In this document: one piece after another, positions 8,018 through 14,508 of the stretch
Layout: each line of letters starts with the position of its first letter
Position numbering within the stretch: the stretch's first letter is position 1
Source: a virus
Lineage: Duplodnaviria; Caudoviricetes
Length of the DNA stretch: 46,452 nt
IMG/VR virus record: IMGVR_UViG_3300011403_000006
Coordinates: 1-46,452 of that record
Strand: one strand, 5' to 3'
The notes under the pieces: model-generated
The model's input: the letters and a program-made list of their open reading frames with translations, nothing else
Database searches by the model: none
Told to the model about the DNA's origin: nothing
Translations under genes and position numbers: made by a program

Positions 8018-8299
8018 ATGACATTCACAGTATTACGTAAGAATAAAATGGGTCTTGATTATAAAATCAGTCAAGACAATACACAAGACTTCACAACGAT
8101 ATGGCAAGGTAGAAGGTCGATACAAGTTAAAGCTGACGTAGGACAGATTAATCGTGGTTGGTATGCATGGTTTCATGAGGATAAGTTAGCGCAAGATGCA
8201 TTTCCTTTTTTGAATCATGCTGAGAGAGAGTTCTTAATCAGTGGTATTACGCCTGATGAATGGAACGAGATGTTCAATAGTAATGGAGATATGAAATGA
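8018..8299 (+). CDS. Conserved phage hypothetical protein
   Basis: C-terminal QDAFPFLNHAEREFLISGITPDEW, a motif type I recognise from many phage hypotheticals. Confidence 0.8.
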   Translation: MTFTVLRKNKMGLDYKISQDNTQDFTTIWQGRRSIQVKADVGQINRGWYAWFHEDKLAQDAFPFLNHAEREFLISGITPDEWNEMFNSNGDMK

Positions 8300-8559
8300 A
8301 TACATTAGACATGCTCACATATCGTAAAGGTATTAAGACACAGCGACAGGTTCGGATACTTACACAAGGCGAAGATACGTTAGTTGTAGATTTTGGTGAG
8401 TTAGAAGGCCATAAGTTTGTTAGTAAGTATTATATGCTGTTGAGTAATCATCAGCTAACGGAAGTCGGAGTTAATGCTGCGTTAATGGCGTGGTTAGAAT
8501 ATGATGAAGCTAACTTTAACCATCCAGAACTAACCATACTTGATAGTGAAGTGGATTAA
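8296..8559 (+). CDS. Hypothetical protein
   Basis: ATGA overlap; GGAGA SD. Confidence 0.7.
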   Translation: MNTLDMLTYRKGIKTQRQVRILTQGEDTLVVDFGELEGHKFVSKYYMLLSNHQLTEVGVNAALMAWLEYDEANFNHPELTILDSEVD

Positions 8560-8828
8560 TGAGCAACTGTGATTGTCCGAGATGTAGTAGTATTAGGGAA
8601 AGGCATAACATGAGGCAAGTAATGGAGAAAGAGATAATTGAGTCAGTCGTAAACATAAACTGTGGTGTATGTGGACAGAAGTTTAGAATGGGTGAGGAGG
8701 TGCGGCAAACTATTACTGGTAAGTTAGGCTGGATTAAAGACGTAGATGATGATGGTTTACTCGAATGGAGACTTGCAATAGTTCATGGTGAGATTGCTGA
8801 TGTCCACGTTAAGTGCATACCGTCATAA
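8559..8828 (+). CDS. Zinc-finger hypothetical protein with MSNCDCxRC N-terminus
   Basis: TAATG coupling; CGVC...HVKC finger. Confidence 0.7.
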   Translation: MSNCDCPRCSSIRERHNMRQVMEKEIIESVVNINCGVCGQKFRMGEEVRQTITGKLGWIKDVDDDGLLEWRLAIVHGEIADVHVKCIPS

Positions 8829-8848
8829 CTTATAAACAAGGGAGCATA

Positions 8849-9058
8849 ATGAGCCGTAATCCGAAATTTGATGAGAGACGACTTAAGCCATTGATTGCAT
8901 TTAATGGTAAAGGATATTACGTGTATAAGCATCCACGGAATCCTTTATTCTACGGTTCTTTAGCTCAGTGTTTGGCGGTAGTTGGTGGTATTACACTAGG
9001 TAAGACGTTAGACGACACGACACGAATTGCGGTGAATGGATTAGCGGATAAGAATTAA
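8849..9058 (+). CDS. Hypothetical protein
   Basis: GGGAG SD before ATG 8849. Confidence 0.6.
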   Translation: MSRNPKFDERRLKPLIAFNGKGYYVYKHPRNPLFYGSLAQCLAVVGGITLGKTLDDTTRIAVNGLADKN

Positions 9059-9123
9059 CTTTTTATTGTGTGCATGAGTTGACTTAACATTAATTCATGC
9101 ACACGCTTAAGGAGTTAACCTTT

Positions 9124-9357
9124 ATGACTCGATTAGATGATAGTGGAAGAAAATTAGATAGGTTTACGGCTAGGTGTCCAATGTGTAAGAGGCTAGTAAG
9201 TAAGCTCGGCCCGCACTACATGACTATACACGACTTCAAGTATTTAATATGTTCTCCTTGTGCATGGAAACGAGACCAAGAAAGGCAGAGAGATGCTTAC
9301 AGAAAAGGACCAGGAAACACTGATAGCAGCGTCGATAGTGATAAGGATGATGGCTAG
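9124..9357 (+). CDS. Zinc-ribbon hypothetical protein
   Basis: AAGGAG SD before ATG 9124; CPMC...CSPC; preceded by a stem-loop at about 9069-9103. Confidence 0.6.
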   Translation: MTRLDDSGRKLDRFTARCPMCKRLVSKLGPHYMTIHDFKYLICSPCAWKRDQERQRDAYRKGPGNTDSSVDSDKDDG

Positions 9358-9499
9358 ATGTTACTATGATACTTACCGACATGCTAGTGATGGTCTTGGT
9401 TCGAGAAGTATTAAAGAGGCTAGAGAGGCATACGAGAAATACAACGAGTTAGGTAAGATTGCTGATGAGATTGATATGATTGCTACTGGTAAGCTTTAA
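9293..9499 (+). CDS. Hypothetical protein
   Basis: MLTEKDQETL...; helical; overlaps the tail of the previous ORF. Confidence 0.6.
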   Translation: MLTEKDQETLIAASIVIRMMARCYYDTYRHASDGLGSRSIKEAREAYEKYNELGKIADEIDMIATGKL

Positions 9500-9543
9500 T
9501 GAATAGTTGGTATATGTCAGACCCAACAATATGGAGAAGATTA

Positions 9544-9759
9544 ATGAGTAATTGTGACTGTGAAAGGTGCAAACCAAAAATGAATCATCAAGAACACGTT
9601 GATAAGATGGTAAAACTTGCATTAGACTTTCACATTAAGACCGGCGTTGACATTGAAGTAATTAAGATATTCATTAGGCAAATTGGAGACCTTACCACAC
9701 AGTTTGCAGCAGAAATAATAGCTGAGGAATTCAGAAAAGGTATCCGGAACCTCAGCTAG
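9544..9759 (+). CDS. Hypothetical protein with MSNCDCxRC N-terminus (ORF track start 9499)
   Basis: GGAG SD before ATG 9544. Confidence 0.6.
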   Translation: MSNCDCERCKPKMNHQEHVDKMVKLALDFHIKTGVDIEVIKIFIRQIGDLTTQFAAEIIAEEFRKGIRNLS

Positions 9760-9801
9760 AACTCACATACATATACGATTTACCCTAGGCCAGGTTAAAA
9801 G

Positions 9802-10095
9802 ATGATTATACAACCACGCGGATTTCATCGTAAAACAACTAGTGCCGGACTAATCGACAGTATTAGAAAGCACGTCGAGCAAGCCGCAGCCATGTACAAT
9901 TGTAGTAAGTCATACGTCATTGCCACCATACTATCTGATGCATTCGGAATAGAGGAACAGACAAAATATTATGACATTAAACGAGATGAAAGAAAATCTA
10001 ATAAAGCTCGGCGCGGTTCAACGGTTATCAGATTTGAACAAAGAACGAAACATGTTGCTAAAGTTGTTAGGCAAGGAAGACGACGCAAAGGCTAG
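9802..10095 (+). CDS. Ribbon-helix-helix-like DNA-binding protein
   Basis: TTSAGLIDSIRKHVEQAAAMYNCSKSYVIATILSDAF fits the RHH strand-helix-helix pattern. Confidence 0.55.
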   Translation: MIIQPRGFHRKTTSAGLIDSIRKHVEQAAAMYNCSKSYVIATILSDAFGIEEQTKYYDIKRDERKSNKARRGSTVIRFEQRTKHVAKVVRQGRRRKG

Positions 10096-10249
10096 TAATT
10101 TGTTAGCAGGTATTAAGGCTGGTAAGAAGCAAAATAAAAAGGGTTATAGTTATAAAGGTAAACATTGGACTCAAACTCCGGCTGGTAAAAAGAAAATAAC
10201 AGCCAGACTTAAAGCAATGTGGCTCAAAAAGAAAGGCATAAGCAAATGA
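9971..10249 (+). CDS. Small basic nucleoid/histone-like protein
   Basis: N-terminal coiled coil LGAVQRLSDLNKE, Lys-rich linker and C-terminal HWTQTPAGKKKITARLKAMW. Confidence 0.7.
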   Translation: MTLNEMKENLIKLGAVQRLSDLNKERNMLLKLLGKEDDAKASNLLAGIKAGKKQNKKGYSYKGKHWTQTPAGKKKITARLKAMWLKKKGISK

Positions 10250-10497
10250 CAAATACCGTAGCAGATATAGCAGAAAGAGTATTCGAGCTGGTAAACGCCG
10301 GGCCAATTTCAGATAAGAAACTTTATTCGAAATTAGCCGTTGAATTCATTCATTTTGACAGGGAAGAAATACACAAGTTTGTTGATACTTTAATCGGTCT
10401 TAAGGTTGTTATTAGGGTGGATTACAAGAATCTAAGTGGTAGTGGTTCATTCTTCTTTTCACCTGAGACACAATTTGAATTCCGTGGTAGGCCGTAA
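10246..10497 (+). CDS. Winged-helix-like hypothetical protein
   Basis: Three helices followed by a beta hairpin (VIRVDY...SFFF); ATGA overlap. Confidence 0.6.
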   Translation: MTNTVADIAERVFELVNAGPISDKKLYSKLAVEFIHFDREEIHKFVDTLIGLKVVIRVDYKNLSGSGSFFFSPETQFEFRGRP

Positions 10498-11396
10498 TGG
10501 AAGTAATGATTAAGAAAGACAATGTAATACTCGATGCCACGGTGCTAACATCATTAATGGCCTGCGAGCGTTACATTGACTTTCGTTTCAATAAGAATCT
10601 AATTCCAGCAAGCGGCAGCGGTAATCCAATTGAGGCCGGATTAGTCGTTCATAAGATAATGGAAGAATACTCCAAGTCTATTATGAATGGCGTGCATCGT
10701 AATACGGCGATTCAGGTCGGTATGGATGCAGGTATTCAGTTAGCCGGTGAATTACCTAACATACCACAAGAGAATGTAAAGGATGATAGTGGTAAGTTAA
10801 AGCAAGTTGGATTTGCATGGATAATGACTACCATGCAACAGTATTTCGAGTTCTATAAAAATGATAGCTGGACTCCAATCTCGGCCGAGCAAGTAAAACG
10901 TACTCTTGTATATGAGGATGATGATATAAGAGTTTTGTGGGTGAGTAAGTTAGACCGCATGGTTGATACGTTCCAACAAGGCACAATGCCAATGGATCAT
11001 AAAACCATGAAACAGAATCGTAGTCCTATTTTGTTAAACAATCAGTTCATGGGTCAGTGTATCTCGGCTCAATCAGTACGTATGTGTGTTGATAAAATTG
11101 GATTCCAGACCACGTTAAAGCCAGATAAGAAGTTTGTACGCGAGATAATGAATTACAACCGCGAGCAACTGGCCGAACAAATTCAGACAATTGGTTATTA
11201 CGCTAAGTATCTCGTGGACTTAAATAAGCATGGTTACTTTCCACCACGGTACATCTATTGCGATAAGTACAATGGTTGTATCTTTCGTAGGGTATGTGAA
11301 TCATTGCCGAGTGATAGAGAACGTATGCTGAAGCTTCATTTTGTAGTTGGTGATGAATGGAATCCTGCTGCTGGTGAAGACGTTGGTGATGATTGA
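10497..11396 (+). CDS. Cas4-like / PD-(D/E)XK exonuclease with probable Fe-S cluster
   Basis: N-terminal C (MACERY), G..VH, KLDRM...MDHKT, Q-x-x-x-Q, C-terminal CDKYNGCIFRRVC. Confidence 0.85.
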   Translation: MEVMIKKDNVILDATVLTSLMACERYIDFRFNKNLIPASGSGNPIEAGLVVHKIMEEYSKSIMNGVHRNTAIQVGMDAGIQLAGELPNIPQENVKDDSGKLKQVGFAWIMTTMQQYFEFYKNDSWTPISAEQVKRTLVYEDDDIRVLWVSKLDRMVDTFQQGTMPMDHKTMKQNRSPILLNNQFMGQCISAQSVRMCVDKIGFQTTLKPDKKFVREIMNYNREQLAEQIQTIGYYAKYLVDLNKHGYFPPRYIYCDKYNGCIFRRVCESLPSDRERMLKLHFVVGDEWNPAAGEDVGDD

Positions 11397-11412
11397 TGCT
11401 TACGCATGATTA

Positions 11413-11667
11413 ATGATGCGAGGTAACGAGCACATGAACGAGATACCAACTGATGCTGAAATCGAGAAACATATAGACAAGTACATGACTATGATGGAAG
11501 CTGATTTAGGTCAGGACATTATACCAATCGTAATAATTCTGATGTGTCGTATTACGGTCAAGTACAATCTCGATATTAATTGGTTGATAAACACAATTGT
11601 CATGGGTTATAACAACGAACTGCCACCTGAGCCTGATATGAATGGAGTGCAGCGATACGATTCCTGA
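11413..11667 (+). CDS. Hypothetical protein
   Basis: ORF within the early operon; start may be 11434. Confidence 0.6.
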   Translation: MMRGNEHMNEIPTDAEIEKHIDKYMTMMEADLGQDIIPIVIILMCRITVKYNLDINWLINTIVMGYNNELPPEPDMNGVQRYDS

Positions 11668-11699
11668 TGCTGCGGACAGCATGATTAAAAAGGACCAAA

Positions 11700-12011
11700 A
11701 TGACTAAGAAACAAACTCACATACACAAATACGAACGAGTAATACTAGGGAAGAATAACTACACAGTCTTTCGATGCATACTACCTTTCTGCTCACATTA
11801 TATTCGTGAGGAACTTGCTGCTGGTAAGGCATGTCAGTGTAATCGTTGTGGAAAAGAAATGACTCTCGACAGTAAAGCAATGAAGTTACGTTTTCCTCAT
11901 TGTCATAACTGTACTAGACCCGTTCAGGCTAGATATAAAAAGAGAAAAGATTTGCATGATGCGTTAGCTGATTTGGCTGCACGTATTGGCACGGGTACTG
12001 ATGGAGGTTAA
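11700..12011 (+). CDS. Zinc-finger protein
   Basis: HIHKY...C...CSHY...CNRC...CHNC; AAGGA SD. Confidence 0.8.
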   Translation: MTKKQTHIHKYERVILGKNNYTVFRCILPFCSHYIREELAAGKACQCNRCGKEMTLDSKAMKLRFPHCHNCTRPVQARYKKRKDLHDALADLAARIGTGTDGG

Positions 12012-12013
12012 TA

Positions 12014-12136
12014 ATGCTTTTAACGTGGCTGTACAAGTTATGTTGCTGGATAGAGGATAATTGGTCGGCGCGGAACGATACTTTCATCTCAATGCAGCAT
12101 CTAAACGAAATATTACACGATAAAGGAAAACAATGA
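12014..12136 (+). CDS. Micro-protein (40 aa), below the ORF-track cutoff
   Basis: GGAGG SD; MLLTWLYKLCCWIEDNWSARNDTFISMQHLNEILHDKGKQ; ATGA overlap with the next gene. Confidence 0.55.
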   Translation: MLLTWLYKLCCWIEDNWSARNDTFISMQHLNEILHDKGKQ

Positions 12137-12357
12137 TGACAAGAGAAGAACATCTTAAATGGTGTAAGGACAGAGCAATACTTGAACTAGATTCAACAGG
12201 ATTACCATCGTCAGCTATTATCTCAATGATGTCTGATTTAAGGAAGCATCCTGAGAATAACAGCGAAACATTACAAGCATTATGCGCAATGACACTGATG
12301 ACTAAACCAAACATGACACGTCAGGAAGCAATTAACTTTATCAACGGATTTAATTAA
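12133..12357 (+). CDS. Conserved phage hypothetical protein
   Basis: MTREEHLKWCKDRA...SMMSDLRKHPE...FINGFN. Confidence 0.8.
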   Translation: MMTREEHLKWCKDRAILELDSTGLPSSAIISMMSDLRKHPENNSETLQALCAMTLMTKPNMTRQEAINFINGFN

Positions 12358-13170
12358 ATGCCATCAACATTAGCCGAAGTAAAAGGTGACGCCTTATTCT
12401 TTATGTTTAAGGGTGAACCAGGAACACGTAAATCAACACAAGCACTAGGATTCCCAACGCCACAATACTGGTTTAGTCACGATAAGCATATGCACTCACT
12501 TGTATTACCTATGAAAAAGTGGGGCATTGATGCTAAACAGGTTCATTTCGATAACTATACTGATTGGGCGGCGATGGAAGTTAAGCTTAAACAGTTTCAA
12601 GAAAAATGTCCATATAAAACACTTGTGGTAGATAGCATTACGTCACAGGGCGATTCGATTAACGATCAGACAATACAACTTAAAGGTTTACAAAAAACTG
12701 CTGAGGGCGGTGATGCAGCGGCACGTAAAATCGGTGGAATCGAAGTCAACTCGTTAGAAGATTATAAAGCAGAAGCCACAGCATTTCGAGACAGCATAGC
12801 CTACCTAAAAGATATTTCGCAGTTCCATAAAGTCAACGTAATCCTTATAGCTCATGTCGTAGGTTCGAGACCTAATGAGGCTGCTAATTCAAGTTATTTT
12901 ACTCGCATTGTAGTTACTGGTGGCAAAGTAATCAGCGCCAAGATACCTGCATATTGTGAGGAGATATACCATTTCTACGTAGAGCCAAACGTAGATACTA
13001 AGAAGGAGGGAACATATGCTCTGATTACGCGTAACAATGGTAGTGATTACGCGAGAACAGGATTACCTCTACCACAAAAGATTGAATTTGGTGATAATCA
13101 GTTGTATGAAAGGTGGGTTAAGCCGGCTATTATTCAATTAGATAACGAAAAGCCGGTATCTAAGTTTTAA
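12358..13170 (+). CDS. AAA_24 / Sak4-like RecA-fold ATPase (recombinase)
   Basis: Walker A GEPGTRKST, Walker B TLVVDSIT, NVILIAH, C-terminal ART; sits between the Cas4-like nuclease and SSB. Confidence 0.85.
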   Translation: MPSTLAEVKGDALFFMFKGEPGTRKSTQALGFPTPQYWFSHDKHMHSLVLPMKKWGIDAKQVHFDNYTDWAAMEVKLKQFQEKCPYKTLVVDSITSQGDSINDQTIQLKGLQKTAEGGDAAARKIGGIEVNSLEDYKAEATAFRDSIAYLKDISQFHKVNVILIAHVVGSRPNEAANSSYFTRIVVTGGKVISAKIPAYCEEIYHFYVEPNVDTKKEGTYALITRNNGSDYARTGLPLPQKIEFGDNQLYERWVKPAIIQLDNEKPVSKF

Positions 13171-13236
13171 GCAGTATAAACCATGACGATCCCGTAGTCG
13201 GGGAACAACAAACCTTAAAAGGAAACGAAAAAAATC

Positions 13237-13641
13237 ATGATTGAATTCACACAGCGCGACATTCTCCGTGGTAAACTTGTCGAACCCGCATGGTATAAAG
13301 GTCATATCGAATCGCTGGAAAAGAAGCTCGCCGCTAAGGGTGATTCCACCAACTACAACTATGAAATCACATTGCTGAAGAACGCGGACAATGGTGATGA
13401 GAAGTTTGCTGGTGTTCCCGTCACTGTCAACTTCAATACCAAAGCAAAAGGATTCATGATTGGATTCTTTGCTGCAATGGGTGCGGAAATTACAGCCGGT
13501 GCGCGTTTCAATGAAGATAACGCGGTGGGTAAGGACATTGAGCTGTATATCACCAACGAGGAATACGATGGGCGCATGATTAACAAGTGCAAACATCAGT
13601 ATCGTCCAGTTGGTGCTGATGTTTCTTCAGTTGGTGCGTAG
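13237..13641 (+). CDS. Phage single-stranded DNA-binding protein (DUF669-like)
   Basis: VEPAWYKGHIE...AVGKDIELYITNEEYDGRMINK pattern; follows the Sak4-like gene. Confidence 0.75.
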   Translation: MIEFTQRDILRGKLVEPAWYKGHIESLEKKLAAKGDSTNYNYEITLLKNADNGDEKFAGVPVTVNFNTKAKGFMIGFFAAMGAEITAGARFNEDNAVGKDIELYITNEEYDGRMINKCKHQYRPVGADVSSVGA

Positions 13642-13657
13642 TTAGTAATTAATGGAT

Positions 13658-13763
13658 GGTTGGCAATACGCTCGGAATCGCCAACTGCTCGCTATTACTT
13701 TTCTCTTGGCCGGGGAGTAATAAACAAAACTAGAATACAGCTTCTAGACTCCATCGAGTTTTT
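13658..13763 (+). other. Intergenic cluster of four consecutive stem-loops ending in a T-run (candidate structured RNA or terminator)
   Basis: ggttggc/gccaact, tattactttt/ggggagtaata, ctagaa/ttctag, actc/gagt followed by tttt. Confidence 0.4.
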
Positions 13764-13802
13764 ATGTCATTCGTATATGTAATGCCGGTAAAAGGAGATA
13801 AA

Positions 13803-13946
13803 ATGACCGCAGAACCGACTAAGAAAGAAAAAGAAGAAGTAATTAAGCCCGTCACCGATGAAGATGAAGATGACGACGATGATATTGAGTTTGATGAGGA
13901 AGAAAAAGACGACGAGAACATAGATACGGAAGAAGAATCTGAATAG
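13803..13946 (+). CDS. Highly acidic micro-protein (47 aa)
   Basis: AAGGAG SD before ATG 13803; DEDEDDDDDIEFDEEEKDDENIDTEEESE. Confidence 0.65.
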   Translation: MTAEPTKKEKEEVIKPVTDEDEDDDDDIEFDEEEKDDENIDTEEESE

Positions 13947-13953
13947 CTAATGA

Positions 13954-13987
13954 ACGGGACTATAGTTATAACTAGCTGTAGTCCCGT
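13954..13987 (+). terminator. Strong stem-loop after the acidic ORF
   Basis: acgggactatagtta / tagctgtagtcccgt; no clear U-tract. Confidence 0.45.
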
Positions 13988-14011
13988 CTCATATCCTTTC
14001 ACAGGACCAAC

Positions 14012-14269
14012 ATGCATCCACTTATTGAACGATTCCAAAAAGAAACTGACTGGAAAGATAAGTGTCTGCTACTAGAAATAATCCACATTAAATTTAAGCA
14101 ATCGAGAAGGTTATGGCGTATAAGAGATACCGCTCGTTTACTCAAATTGTCAGTTGGATTAGTCAGTGAAGATTTGCAATTGGCCCGCGCCCTTACTTCA
14201 GAACAAATAGACAATAACGTCAAATCACGCAACCAAGCAATTAAATCATTACGAGGCAAACAAAAATGA
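14012..14269 (+). CDS. HTH DNA-binding protein
   Basis: WRIRDTARLLKLSVGLVSEDLQLA, a ParB-type HTH pattern. Confidence 0.75.
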   Translation: MHPLIERFQKETDWKDKCLLLEIIHIKFKQSRRLWRIRDTARLLKLSVGLVSEDLQLARALTSEQIDNNVKSRNQAIKSLRGKQK

Positions 14270-14499
14270 TGCTCGGAAAACTCGTGCGTATTCCAGTTAA
14301 GGATAACAGAGAACAGTCATTTGCATTTATTCGAGGTGAGGATAACAAGGAATATTTTCTACACAAATCAGACCTATTCGACAATTGGGATGAAGTTAAG
14401 GAAATGATTAAGAGTAAGGGTGAGGTTACAATAGAGTTTGAGCCTACGCGTAGTGAAAAAGGTGGCCGAGCTAGTGGTGCTAAGGTTGTTCGTTTCTAG
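14266..14499 (+). CDS. Cold-shock domain protein
   Basis: FAFIRGEDNKEYFLHKSDL...IEFE...EKGGRA: RNP1/RNP2-like and C-terminal CSD motifs. Confidence 0.8.
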   Translation: MMLGKLVRIPVKDNREQSFAFIRGEDNKEYFLHKSDLFDNWDEVKEMIKSKGEVTIEFEPTRSEKGGRASGAKVVRF

Positions 14500-14508
14500 G
14501 GTGATAAG

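Noticed and set aside
13658-13763. tRNA gene
   Set aside because: Hairpins are serial, with no acceptor stem, T-loop GTTCRA or CCA end
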